Below the pieces are notes generated by a model. That model did not search any database. It saw nothing but the letters and a program-made list of their open reading frames with translations, and was not told the origin of the DNA. Positions 1-12,500 of a stretch of 64,000 bases of DNA are shown piece after piece. The position numbers and the translations under genes are program-made. Every line of letters begins with the position of its first letter. The first letter of the stretch is position 1. Source of the DNA: Podarcis liolepis (taxonomy: Eukaryota); the NCBI GenBank assembly GCA_965112155.1, contig OZ218101.1; one strand, written 5' to 3'.

Positions 1-3000
1 CAGTCACCAGGCCCTCCTGCAGCTGCCACCTGGCGGGAAGGTGTGGCAGAGGGGGCAGGGGAGGAGAGCCCAGCCTGAAGGCCCTTGCCCGCCTCATCCC
101 AGAGTGACCCTTCTCTTCTCAGGTGAACAAGGACTACAAGGAGGCCCTGGCCATGCTGCGGCTGCAGGACATTGAGGAGCTGCGCAGCTATCGCCAGCCG
201 CCAGAGACTGTGGTCATGGTGACGGACATCCTCTGCCTGATGTTTGAGCAGGAGCCGGGCTGGGAGAATGCAAAGCTGCTCCTCAACAGGGACAACTTCT
301 ATGAGGTGAGGCCCAGAGCCCTTCCGGTGGCTCCGGGGCTCTTGGGGCTGGCCCAGCAGCCAGAGCCTCAAGGCCCCACTTCCCCTCTGGACCCTGGGGA
401 GAGAGAGACCCTAGCCTAGACCAAGAGGCTGTTCCAGCTGCGCCAAGTCCTTGACAAAGGGAGGGGCAAAAGCAGCCTGTTTCCTCCTGGGAGGGGGTGG
501 GGAGGCATGGCCAGCGAAACAGCATGGAACTACCAGTGGATAAAACCTGAAACCATCAGCTGCAGTAAGAGAGCAGGAAAGTAATTGAGCACAAGAGAGA
601 TACTGCAAACACATCACTGCAGTCCTCACGAAGCATGGGAAATATCCTTAAGGAAGAAGACATTGTACTGTATATATAAAATTATCCCTCAAGGGTTGTA
701 GAAAAAGTGGCCTTTTGCTCCTCCAAGGGACTCTTGAGTCCCCTCAAGCCATGATCAACCAGAGGAGAGTGGATGGAGGCAGGATCCAGTGAAAGCATGG
801 CAGATCTTTATATTTCTGTTGCAACAGAGTTCTTCCCCCTCCTCTGCAAGAAAATGAGAGAGACCAAGAACAATTCTGACTGTATTTTGGATATATCTGT
901 TAGGTTCCGTCACTTCTGTTGAACCATTTTTGTCTTGAATTTCTTTTCTTTCTGTTGCTTTCTGATACATACTGGTTGTTAACAGTAAATGCTTACACAT
1001 CTCTGGTTAGTAATTCCTTCCTTGCATGGTATTTGCTTTATTTCTTTTGATGAGTTTAATATCTATGGTTTGGTTTTCAAGGAGGGCTGCACCCAAGAAC
1101 AGAGAAGCCCACGGGAGCTGAGAGTCTAGCTGAGAGTATATAGATTGGGCTCATCTGGTCAACATTGTGCACTTAAAGCTTCAAAAAGCTTTTGATATAG
1201 TCCCTCATCAAAGACTCCTGAATAAGCTTAGCAGTCAAGGAGTAAGAGGAGAAGTCCTCTTGTGTCCTCTATGGAATTGGTTAAATCACAGGAAGCAAAG
1301 AGTAAGAATAGATGGTCTGTTCTCTGAACAAACACATGTGTAATGTGGATCAGGATCGGGACACGAACTTTTTAACTTGCACACAAACGACTCAGAGTTA
1401 GAGCTCAGCAGTGGGGTGGCCAAGTCTGCGGACAATACTAAACAAGTAAAGACTGTGAAGAGCTCCAAACGGGCCTCTCCAGGCGGGGTGAATGGGAGGG
1501 GAAATGGCAACAAAACTCATTTCTGCACAGGCCTGGGCACCTCTGGAGTGGCTCCCATGCTCTGTGACCAAAGGGGCATGGAGGCCAGGCAGAGGAGAGG
1601 CCATGTGCAGGAGCTGGTGAGGTGGACAGGCTGGAAGACCCCTCAGTCCCCTGGGTGCTTCTGGAGCTGCTGGAGAAGGTGCTCCCCTTTGGCCCATCTT
1701 CATGGTAAGCAACCGGTTGTTTTAGCTTGGGGCATTTTAATACAAGCAGCCTCGTGTTTCTTGCCCCTCATTCCTTGGTGAAAAAGGCAGGCCAGGGTCC
1801 CATTCCCTCCCTCTGCTTGCCCCTCCAGGACCTTGTCTTCTACCCCAAGGACAGCCTCACCACAGAGCTCTTTGAGGCCCTGGGCCGGGCTGTGACTCAC
1901 GAGCGCATCTCTGAGAGCAGCATATCCAGCGCCAGCCAGGCTGCGGCCGCCCTCTTCCAGTGGATCTCGGCCACCTACTGGTACCACTGGGCCCTGCTCG
2001 ACTGGCAGCCGACCATCGCACGGCTAAAGTACTGCGACGCCCAGATCAACGCAGAGAAGGTGGAGCTGGGCGACCGGCGCCTGCACTCGGAATACCTGAG
2101 AGATGCCACCCAGCTGCGCATCAAGGAGCTGAAGCAGAAGCAGGAACGCCAGGAGAAGCTGATGCACCAGCTCACCCACTCCCTGCAGGCCAAAGAGGAG
2201 GCCACCACCGTCGAGAGCTCCGTGGCCGAGCACATGGCCAGCTGGACAACTGTCACAAGGGTAAGAGGGGCGGGCGGCTGTCCACCCATGTCGTCCCCCC
2301 CGTGCCCTGCGAGGCGAGGGTGCCGTTCTCCCAGACTCAGCCCTCTGGCGCCTCTGCTTTCCTTCCTAGAACCTGGAGTCCCATCGCATAACAGTCTATG
2401 GCGATGCCCTCCTCTCCGCAGCCAGCCTCTCCTACCTGGGCCCATTCCCTCCGGAGCGGCGGGAGGAGCTGCTGGAGAAGTGGCAGGCGGTGTGTGCTGG
2501 GGCTTGGGGCCCCCTCGGGCCGGACGACGTGAGGCGGCTCCTGCAGAAGGAGCTGCCCTGCCCTGGGCCAGCCCCCCACAGCGATCTGCTGCTGGCTGTG
2601 CAACAGCCCCTGCATCTGGCGTCCCTGCTCAGCTCTCCTCCAGAGCAGCGCCTCTGGGATCGAGTCCACAAGCCCAAGGTCCCCAGCAGCCGCCTGGTCG
2701 GCATGATCCTGCTCTCCAGCATCCACTCGCAGGCTCACCGCCGGCCTCTGCTGGTGGACCCTGACAAGCAGGCCTATCTCTGGCTGCTGACATCCAGAGC
2801 TATGGAAGAGGGTGAGTGGGGTGTGCGGGTGGGGGGGGGGGTCAGGCACATGGCCTTGCCTGCGGGTAGCTGCTCATCCAACCCCTCTTTACAGCGGATT
2901 CTCAGGCCTATGCCATCTCTGACCTGGTGCCGGACATGGTGGAGCAGGGCAGCTCCATAGAGATCGCGGAAGACAACCTGGAGGTCCTGTCGCTCACAGA

Positions 3001-6000
3001 CCCAGACCTGGAGCAGAACCTCTGCAAAGCAGCCAGCCTTGGTGAGCAGAGGAAGGGGGTGCCCCTGCCGCTGGCAGTCCCCTGGGTGGGAGGGAGCCGT
3101 TCTCTTTCACCAGCGCCTCCGGGAGCTCAGGCAAATGGGCTGCTTGGCTCCCACCTCCTCACAGGCACCCCCGTGTTGCTGACGGACTTTGAAAAGAACG
3201 TCCCCTGGTGCCCAGCCCTCGAGGAGCTGATGCAGAAGGAATCGTTCGGAGGTGCCCTCCACACAAAGTCAATGGAGGACCTGGCGCAGGTGCCCCCCTG
3301 CTTCCGCCTCTACCTGTGCACTGAGCTGCCTCTGGAGGCTTTGGCTGCAGGTAAGGGAGGTGCCCAAGTGGAATCCCTCCCCAGGGAGCGGAGGTGGGTG
3401 GAGGCGGCTCAGCCACCATCTCCGGCTCCCCTCTCCGAGAGGGTGAGAGGCTTTGGAAACTTCCCGTTGCTGCGGGTGGAAGCAAAGCTAGAGTCAGCAG
3501 ATCTCTCGCCCAGCATTGGAAGCTGCGCTGTCCAAGCCCAGCAGCGACCTGCTTGGGTTCCCCAAAGTGTGGGGGGACGAGAGCCACAGGTGCCTCTACC
3601 CCGCAGCCAGCCATCGGCGGGGGACTGGGACGGCTGGGCCCTGCCTCCCGCCTGGCTCCTCTCTGCAGAGGTGGACCACGAGCTTCTCAAGAGCCTGAAC
3701 GTGATTGACCTCAGCCTCAGCCAGGAGGCGCTGGAGGAGCTGCTGCTGGTGGAGGTCCTGCGGGCCGAGCGCAAGGAGATCCTGAAGAACCAGCAGGCCT
3801 TGCAGTTTGGGATCCTGCAGCTGGAGGGGAAGCTGGAGGCCACGGAGGTGAGGCAGGGGCTCCTGGGGCTTGGCGTGGGGCGGTGGGGCGGCCGTGGAGA
3901 GGCCGCTCAGCCCAGCCCCGTGGCCCTTCCCGCAGGAGGAGCTGGTGGCCCTGATTGCCCAGCCGCAGCGCTCTCTGCTGGAGGAGGAGAACTTCATGCC
4001 GATGGTGCGGCTGCTGCAGACGCAGATCCAGGCGCTGCACGCCACCCACCAGCACATGGTCTCCCAGCACCAGGACCAGGCGGCGCTGTGCAGCAAGTAC
4101 CGGATGGTGCCCCGCCTGGGCGTGGCCCTGCACCTGGCCCTGCAGCAGGTCGGCCGCCTCCACCCCTCCTACAGCTTCCCCAGCAGCGTCTGCGTGGCCC
4201 GCGTGCGCCAGGCCCTGCTCTCCACCAAGCGCCAGGAGACCACCAAGCAGGAGTCGCTGGAGTCGCGCCTCCTGGAGCTCAGCAAGGCCGTGCTCCACCA
4301 CTGCCTGACCGAGGCGGTGCCCTGCCTGCGGGAGATGGACCGCCTCCTCTACCTCTTCCTGGGGGCCGTGGCCACGCTCAAGGTCTCGGGGGAGATCCCC
4401 CCACTGGAGTGGCTGGCCCTCTGCCAGGGCCTGCGGGAGCCGGCGGCCAAGGAGCTTCTGCAGCCGCCGGCCGGGGTGCCTCGCCCCAGCTGGGTGAGCG
4501 CGGAGGCCTGGGAGGAGTGCGGCTTGCTGGAGAACCTTCCTGGGTTCCAGGGGCTGCAGGCCTCCCTGGCTGGGCAGGCCGCCCAGTGGCAGGAGTACTT
4601 CCGCCTGCGCTCCACCATGGTGGGGCTGGCCCTGTGTCCCAGCCACGCCCACCTCAGGCCTTTCCAGCGCGCCATCCTGTGGCGCATCTTGTGTCCTTCG
4701 GCCATGAGCAGCGTGGTCTCGGCCCTCACCACCTGCTTGCTGGGCTGGTCTCTCACCGAGGAAATGGCCATCACCTACCCGTACTCCTACAGCCGGGCCA
4801 ACAAGCCCATCATCTTCCACACGCCCTCGGCCAGCTCACCAGGCTGCTTCATGCACCCGCTCCTCTGGATCCAGCAGATGGCCACCCAGCGGGGACGAGG
4901 GGTGAGCCGGGCACAAGGAGGGGAAGGGGCAATGGGTGCAGGGGTCAGTTGGGTCCCTCTGGGAGGACAGAGCAAGTAACCAGGCCCCACCCTGCAGGGA
5001 AGTGTGGTAGTCATCTCCTTTGGCACCCCAGATGCCTGCAAGCGGGTTTGGCGGACGTTGCCCATCTGCAGCAAGAGAGGCAAGTGGCTGGTCTTGACCA
5101 ACTGCCACCTCCAGGAGCACTGGGACCCCGACTTGCTGCAGCTGCTGGACCAGTTGGTGAAATCCTCAGGTGAGGCGGATGGAAGCAGCGGGAGGTGTCT
5201 CTCTCCCCCCGGCCAAAGCCCCTCTCACCTTGCCCTCTTTTTGCACAGGCAAGGTGCCAGGGGGAGGCCTCGAGATCCACACCAAGTTCCGCCTGTGGCT
5301 CATCACTGCAGCTGACGCCCCTCATTCCATGCCAGGTACCAGGCCAGGGAGGGGGGAGGGAGGCACGGCCAGAGGGGCTTCTCCACGCCCTGCCTACCCC
5401 TTGGGGAAAGAGGCGCACTGCCCCGCTTTGCATCTCTCTCTCCCCCAGGGCCCCGCTCCCTCTTGCTCACTGTCATCTGGGCTCTCTCCCACTGCCGCTG
5501 CCTCTGCGGGAGAAACCGAAGCTGAGCAACTTCTCATGGCCTTGGCTGTCCTTACTGTCCCTCCCAGCCTCTGCTGTGGTGGTTGATTCTCTTCTGTGCC
5601 AACAGAACTCCTGAAGCGCAGTGCCACCTCCCTCTTCTGCGATATGCCACTGGAGCTGAAGGGCATCCTGGCACGCAGCCACTACTGGCTGCAGGGGCGA
5701 ACCCAGAACCTAGACACAGAGCAGCGGCTGCCCCTCCTCGCCCTCTATGGGGTCCTGCTCTACAGGCAGACCTATGCCCAGTGGACCCAGGCAGAGACAT
5801 ACCTGTGGTGAGTGAAGGAGGTGCTCGCCCTGTCCAGCAGCGAGGCAAAGAGCCTGCCAGTACATCTCATGGGAGCTTGGAAACTCCTCCTCTGCTTTAT
5901 GCTACTTGGAAAGCACCCTGAATCGCCACCTGTGGGCTCCCCATTCTTCCCCTGCTCTTGGAGCTGCCTCTGTGGGCTAACAAACCAGTCCTTGCCCACA

Positions 6001-9000
6001 GAGGGGGCTGCTGGCTGCAAGGGGGGGGGGAGCAGAGTGGGAAGCAGCAGCAGCAGTGGCGGATGAGGGCTTGGATCCCCCAGCTGACAGGCAGCCAGAG
6101 AAAGGCTGAGGGCTTTCTCCCTGCAGCCCTTTCTGGCAGCAGCAGGAGGAAGTCCCCTTACCTCTGCCTCACAGAATTCAACAGGGCTCCCCAGAGCAGG
6201 TGAACTGGAGGGTACCCGGGACGCACCCATGGAAGCTGCCAAGTAGGATGAGCCTAAGGAGTCCTGCAGCAGCCGGATCAGGCCAAAGGGGCTCCATCTA
6301 GTCAGCCTCCTGTTCTCACAGTGACCAACCAAGAAGGTCGTGAGCAGGAAGGGACCCCATGAGCCACAGCAGTCCAGACCCCACTTGTTAGGGGTTTCTT
6401 TTGCCCCAAAGTACATCACTTTTCCTTGAGCTGTATTGAGGATGTAAGAGCCGCCTCCTGGATCAGGCCATCTGGCCCAGCCTCCGGTTCTCGCGTGGCC
6501 AACCAGAGGCACACAGGAGCCCCAGAGCCCTCTCCCCTCGCGCCATTTCCAGCAGCTGCCCCAATGGTGGAGGAAGAGGACTGCCATTGTGGCTCCTCTT
6601 TAGAGATGGTGGCCGGCACTGCCTCCTGCGAGAGCAAGGGCCATCGCCTGGCTCTGTGCTGCAGGAAGAACCTTCTTTCAGCTGCCCTGAATCTTCTGAC
6701 CTTCAGCTTCACTGGACAGCCACGAGTTTGAGGGTTATGGGGGAGGGAGGAAGTTTCCCCCTTTCCACTTAGCGTGTGCCATGTTGCCCCTCACCTGTTG
6801 AACTAAAGAGTCCCAAATGCTGCCCCTTTCCTTGCAAGGGAGTCGCTCCAGCCCCTCAGGGGGCCCCTCCTGAACCTTTTCCGACTCTGCAATAACCTTT
6901 TTGAGGGGAGAGGAGGTGCCCAGAACTGTATATAGTTCTTCAAATGTGGGCACACACCAGATTCCTGAAACGGCATGATGATACTGGCAGTTTTATTCTC
7001 AATTCCTTTCCTACTGATCCCTCGCATGCAAATTTCCTTTTTCATGGCTGCCACACTGGAATACTTTGTACATCCCACAATTGGGAGAACCACCTATTTA
7101 TTCTTACTTCCTGTTTCTTAACCTGTTTCCCACTGATCCCAAAATGAAGTTTACCCAAGAATCTTTCATAGAACCAGAATTGTGGGGGCCCCCAAGGGTC
7201 CTTTAGTCCAAGCTCCCGCAATGCGGGAATCACAGCTAAAGACTCCTGCTTAAAATCCTTCAGTGAAGGAGAGGCCTGTCCCCTGCCAAGGTCTTCTGTT
7301 CCACTGCCCAAGGGCTCTTCCTCTCAGCTGCTGAGACCCATAAGAAAGTTGGGAGCAGCCCCCCCCCCCCCGGGCCAAGATGGTCCTCACTCTGGCAAGC
7401 CAGGAGTGTGGTTTTTGCTCTGACCCTGCCCTGTGCCTGAGATTGTGCTGCCCTTGCAGGAGCCACGGGGAAGTGTTGGCCGGGCTCAGAATCCAGGAGA
7501 GGCTGAGCTGCCTAACAGACGGAGCCCAGGAAGCCCTGCAGGAGCTGGCTGGTATGGAAACAGGGCTGAGTGAGGGGTGCAAGGGGACAGCCTGCAAGAG
7601 CCAAGGCCTTGAAGGCCCCCTCCGAAACACGGCTGCCTCTTGTGCCTCTGCAGGGACCATGCTCTACGGGGGCCACATCCTGGACAGCGGGGATGCCCAA
7701 GTGGTACAGAGCCTCTGCCAGGCCTGCTTGGCTCCTGCCTCCCCCCTGCAGCCAGCCTCCAGCCTCCAGCAGCTCGTGGCCACAGTGGTCGGCTGCCCCA
7801 ACCCAGGTGAGAGAAGATCAGAAGAGCCGGCTGGGTCCAGCCCAGCATCCTGTTCTCACTGGGGGAAACCCGCAAGCGGGACTCAAGCACAAGAGCAGCA
7901 CCCTCCCCGCCTGCGGTTTCCGGCAAGGGGGGTTTGGAAGCGGCAGTGGGTGGCCATGTGGGGCCCTTCATGAATTGGGAAGAGCCTGCCGGTGGGGGCG
8001 CTGGGTGCTCTGCTGACCCCCTCCCTTTCCTTGCACCCTGCAGGGAACACGGATGAGGAGGCGGCCGCCGCCACCCAGGCCGGCATCGAGCAGCTGCCCA
8101 GCCCCATGGAGCCTGCCGGGATCGGCCTGTGCAGCGCGCTGCAGCAGCGGATGCTGGCGGAGCGGAGCCAGGCCTTGCTGGTGGCCTTGCAGGCCTCCCA
8201 GGGCCTGTGGCAACCCCGCCGGGCCCCCTGCCGCCCGCACACAGGGGCCCTGGAGCAGCTGCTGCGGGACGGGATCCGGCTGGTGCAGGCGCTGCAGGAG
8301 CAGCTGAGCGAGTGCGGCTGGGAGGTGGGCTGGAAGGGGTGCCCCCCGCAAGGGCAGGCCCGCCCCCGGCCGCGCCCCCTGCAGCGCTTCCTGCTGGAGG
8401 AGGCGGGCATCCTCCTGGCCCTGCTGAAGCAGGTGGGTCGCGACCTCTGCTGCGCCCAGGAGCACCTGCAGGGGGAGCCCTGCTCCTCCCGCCGCTGCAG
8501 CACCATCCTCTACCACCTGAAGCAGGGCCGCCTGCCCAGCCCCTGGCTGCCCTACGCCCTCACCGGCCCCCAGGCCCCCCCGGCCTGGCTGCAGACGCTC
8601 AAGCAGCGGACCCAGCTCCTGTGCAGCTACCTGGGCTCCATCAGCGGGCCGCTCGTGGCCCACTACCAGCTGGCCGCCTTCCACCAGCCCCGCCGCCTCC
8701 TCCTGGCCGTGCTGCAAGAGAGGGCCCGCGTCGAGAGGCAGGAGCTCCACCGCTACCAGCTGCACCAACAGGTAGGGAGGAGAGGGCGGGCATGGGGGCA
8801 GGCACAGGGGTAGGCCCCGCAGGCCCGGTCCCTGAGCGCCCCCTCCCTCTTGCCTTCCTTTGCCAGGTCCTTCCCAGTGGGCCACCCCCCACCAGCGCCC
8901 CCGAGAAAGGCATCTACCTGAGCGGGCTGGAGCTGCGCCACGCCTTCTGGAAGGCCCAGAGTGGGCTGCTGCAGGAGAGCCGCACGGCAGAGCCCTGCCC

Positions 9001-9307
9001 GCTGCCCACCATCTGGATCCAGGCCGCCCGCCTGACCTGGGACATGGCCTCCGCTGGCACCACCCCCAAGCTCCCAGCCAACAAGTTCCTGTGCCCCGTC
9101 TACCTGGGGGTCCCCGAGGTCCCTGTGGCGCTGGGCAGCCAGCACGTCATCCTGCACCTGAGCCTGCCTTCCAAGATGGCCCCGGAGCTGTGCCTCCAGC
9201 AGCGTGTGCACGCCGTCAGCCTCCTGCGCTGGGAGGGGGACAGCAGCACGGGGCAAGGGAAGCGCCCTGCCCCCTCCCCCAGAGCCCCCTCCCCCTCCCG
9301 GGCTTAA
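1..9307 (+). CDS. DNHD1: Dynein heavy chain domain-containing protein 1, 3' portion (5' end outside window)
   Basis: GT-AG exons: <1-40, 123-305, 1829-2260, 2370-2811, 2895-3041, 3165-3350, 3669-3847, 3936-4901, 4998-5169, 5249-5335, 5606-5807, 7460-7551, 7654-7806, 8044-8771, 8867-9307 (TAA). Dynein-HC-like motifs: ELRSYRQPP, GDALLSAASLSYLGPF, RRPLLVDPDKQAYLWL, GKWLVLTNCHL, HTKFRLWL, LYGGHILD, GIYLSGLEL, CPVY. Position next to RRP8/ILK matches DNHD1. Confidence 0.88.
1140..1460 (+). mobile_element. Degenerate CR1 LINE reverse transcriptase fragment
   Basis: Degraded translation resembling VDIVYLDFQKAFDxVPHQRLLNKLSSQGVRG and xKFADDTK; stops and indels present. Confidence 0.7.
6790..7065 (-). 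mobile_element. Degenerate CR1 LINE ORF2 C-terminal fragment
   Basis: Minus-strand peptide GISRKGIENKTASIIMP...PHLKNYIQFWAP...EKVQ, typical of the CR1 C-terminus. Confidence 0.7.
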
Positions 9308-9338
9308 CTCACATGACACAGAGAAAGCCATGTACAGA

Positions 9339-9344
9339 AATAAA
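9339..9344 (+). terminator. DNHD1 polyadenylation signal AATAAA
   Basis: AATAAA about 30 nt after the stop codon. Confidence 0.7.
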
Positions 9345-9515
9345 GTGATATATTCTTAGTGTGTACAAAATGCAGACTTGGGTGCTCTGCCGCTCGGCCA
9401 GCCGCCCAGGGCCCTGCAGCCAAGCTATAAATAAGGTGCGCGGCCAGGCACCACTCACTCGCGCCTGGGGGGATGCCCGTCCCGCAGGCCCCCCCTGCCA
9501 GTCCAGCCCTCCTCC

Positions 9516-12500
9516 TCATTTCAGGTCCACGTCAAAATCCAAAACAAGCAGCTTGGTCTCCTCAGTCCCGTTGCGGCTTCCCACGGCACACACCAGCTTT
9601 GTGTTGGAGGCCCGGATGCGCCAGACCACCCCCCCGCTGCCGCCACTCTCCAGCGCCACCAGGTTGCGCACAAACTCGCCCGTCTTGAGGTCCCACAGCT
9701 TGACGGTGCCGTCGTCTGAGCTGGTCACCACAAACTTGGAGCTGAACTGGAGGCAGGTGACGGCACTCTGGTGCTTGCTGGGACCTGCAGAAGGGGGGCA
9801 AAGAAGGTGAGAAGCAGCCATCAGCTGCCCTGCCCAGCCGCCTCTTCCCGGAGGACGCCCCTGGTGGCAGGCCTCTGCCCAGAGGGAAAAAAACCTCCCC
9901 CCGCCCCCCAGGACTTTGTGAGGTCCAATGGGGAGTTTCAGCTCCCTGCAGCCCAGCCAGCTGCCCGCAGCACCCACCTTGCAAGGTCTGCAGACACTGG
10001 CCCGTCTTGATGTCCCAGATCTTGACCGTGGAGTCGGCGTTGCCAGAGACCAGGATGTTGTCGCGCAGCTCCATGCCGCTGGTCAGCGACTGGTGCCCCA
10101 TCAAGGTGTGCAGGCAGTTGCCGCTCTCGGCGTCCCACACGCGGATCGAGGTGTCCAGGGAGCCGCTCACAATGTGGGTCCCATCAAACTGCGCAAGAGA
10201 GGGGTGGGAGGAGTGAGGGGCTGTGCGACTCGGGGGGTGGGGAGGGAAGGGGTCGGGGTCCCTCACCTGCAGGGAGTAGACGCGATTGGTGTGGCCTTGC
10301 AAGGTGTGGATGCAGCTCTCCGTCTCGGGGTCCCAGACCTTGACCGTGTAGTCGTAGGCGCCACTCACCACCTTGTGCCCGTCGTACTGGACGCAGCGGA
10401 CGGCGGCCACGTGCCCCATCAGCACGTGCAGGCACTGCCCTGTCTCGATGTCCCAGAGGCGGAGGGTGGCATCCCGGGACCCGCTCACCACCCTGCCCAG
10501 GGAGGAGAGACAAGCAGCTTGAGTCCCAGGCAGGAGGGGCAGGAGGGGCCCTGGAGCGACTCCCCCCCCACCTACCTGCTGCCGTGGAGGTGCATGCAGC
10601 GCACGGTGGAGGTGTGCCCGTAGAGGGTGTGCACGCACTCGCCCGTGTCCGCGTTCCACACCTTGAGGGTGCGGTCTGTTGAGCCGCTGATGACGATGTT
10701 GTCCCTCATCTGGGAAGACCAGACGCCCCCCGTGTGCCCCACCAGGGTCTGAACGCACTGCAGGAGGAGGAGGAGGATGCTCAGAGCCAGGGAAGGCGGG
10801 GCCACAGCCAGCCCCGCCCACAGCACCATTTCCCAGACTCACCTCCCCGGTGACAGCCGACCACACCTTGAGCGTGTTGTCATCTGAGCCGCTCACAATG
10901 CGGTTGCCGCAAAACTGGAGGCAGGTGATGACGTGGTCATCGTGGCCCTTCAGAACCTGGTCCAGGGAGAGAATGAGCAGGCCAGCCGGCATCACCCTGC
11001 GCCCCCTTTCTGCGGTTGAGGGAAGGGGCGGCTTCCTCCCCAAGCCCAGTGGCCTTGAGTCTTCCAAGGCTTGAGACCAGGCCCAGCGGTCAGGAGCTGG
11101 CATCAAGCAGGCGGACTTCAAATTCAGCAAGGGCTGGAGGCTCAGCCACAGTGACAGCCCCAATTCAAGGAGCAACCAAGTCTCTCCCCCCCCCCCCCCA
11201 TTTGTGAATAGCCAGAATAATTCTACCTTCTGGATCTTCTTTGCCAGAAGTCAAAGGTGCTTGCCTGGTCCACCTAGCTCAGCAGCAGCAGCAGCAGCTC
11301 TCAAGAGTATGGGGCACATGTCTGTCCCAGCCCACCACTGAGCCCTGGCCCCTGCCTGGTATAGGACAGGGACCCAGCTGGGCACCCAGGCGTTGGGTTG
11401 CTCTTCCTCCAGAGCCTGCTCTTTGGTCCCCATCGTGCAGCCACCCCAGAGATCCCAGAGTAGTGTCTTAGCCCATGACGAGGTGCGCAAACCCCGCACC
11501 ACGTCACCCCAATGGGTGGGGTCAAGGGAGGTCCCCTACCTTGGGGGGGCGGGCATCCCCGCCACGCCAGTTCATGTCGATTCGGTGCTGCCGCAGGAAG
11601 GCCAGTTTCCAGGGGCTGTACATGAAGCCTGGGCTGAGCAGCCGGCGCTTGCGCAGACTCAGGGGCTCCTCGATACCTGCAGGAGGCAGAAGCGGCTGTG
11701 AGAGGGAGGAGGCCCAAGGGCAGCCGGGAAGCAACACTGGGCAGGAGCTGAGCCTCACCTGCATCGCGGCACTTCTCCCGCCACAACAGGTTGTCCTCGG
11801 CCAAAATCCGCCAGTAGCGACAGGTCTGCGCCGCCCGGAGCAGGTCCCGCGGCTCCAGGAACGAGAGCACATAGAGCGCCAACTGCAAAAGATTTCCTCC
11901 CGTGAATGGCAAGCCTGGGCAGCTTCTCACGTCCACCACAGCAATGTGGAGACTTTGCCATCTAGGTGACCTTTCACCCTCACCAGCCGAACATCTGAAG
12001 CAGCCGTCCAATGCTCCTCCAAGAAGAGAGCTGGCTCAGAGCCTGTGGTCCACACCCTCCTCCCACACAGCAGCTGTCAGGGCCACTGTGGCCACACAAT
12101 CCCAAACTGCTTCACAGCCCCCAAGGCCTCTCCTGCCTTTCCAATCCAGCACAGAGTCTGCGGCTGAGCTCCCTGTCCTGACCATCTGGGCCCATCTCTT
12201 GCCCTCCCAGCATCCTCCTGCCATTTCTTATTGTCCTCCTTGCCACTCCCGTCTGATTTGGCTTTCTTTGGATGCGTTACAGAGGGCTCCCTATGACACA
12301 ACTTCTGCTCTAAAAATGGTAGCCTGCACCTCACAAGGGAAGTTCTGCTTTGGCCTGGAGAGGCAGGGAGAGAGCGTCCATTACATTAGCTCGTGTATGC
12401 GGACGTTCAAGCGAGCTAAATCCATTGACCGCTGTCTCTTCCCTCCCTTGGCATCTTTGACAGCCTCCCCTTAATGTTTGTATATTTAAAAGTTTAGAAA

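Noticed and set aside
2927-5173. 748-aa ORF
   Set aside because: Read-through of DNHD1 exons and GC-rich introns; its distal half is out of frame with the real exon 3936-4901.
5449-5525. Candidate DNHD1 acceptor at 5448
   Set aside because: Leads to an in-frame TGA; the acceptor at 5605 keeps the frame and the homology.
9562-11175. 537-aa ORF as a single-exon WD40 gene or processed pseudogene
   Set aside because: Canonical GT-AG introns give an intact spliced FBXW7-like frame; the ORF only drifts in and out of that frame.
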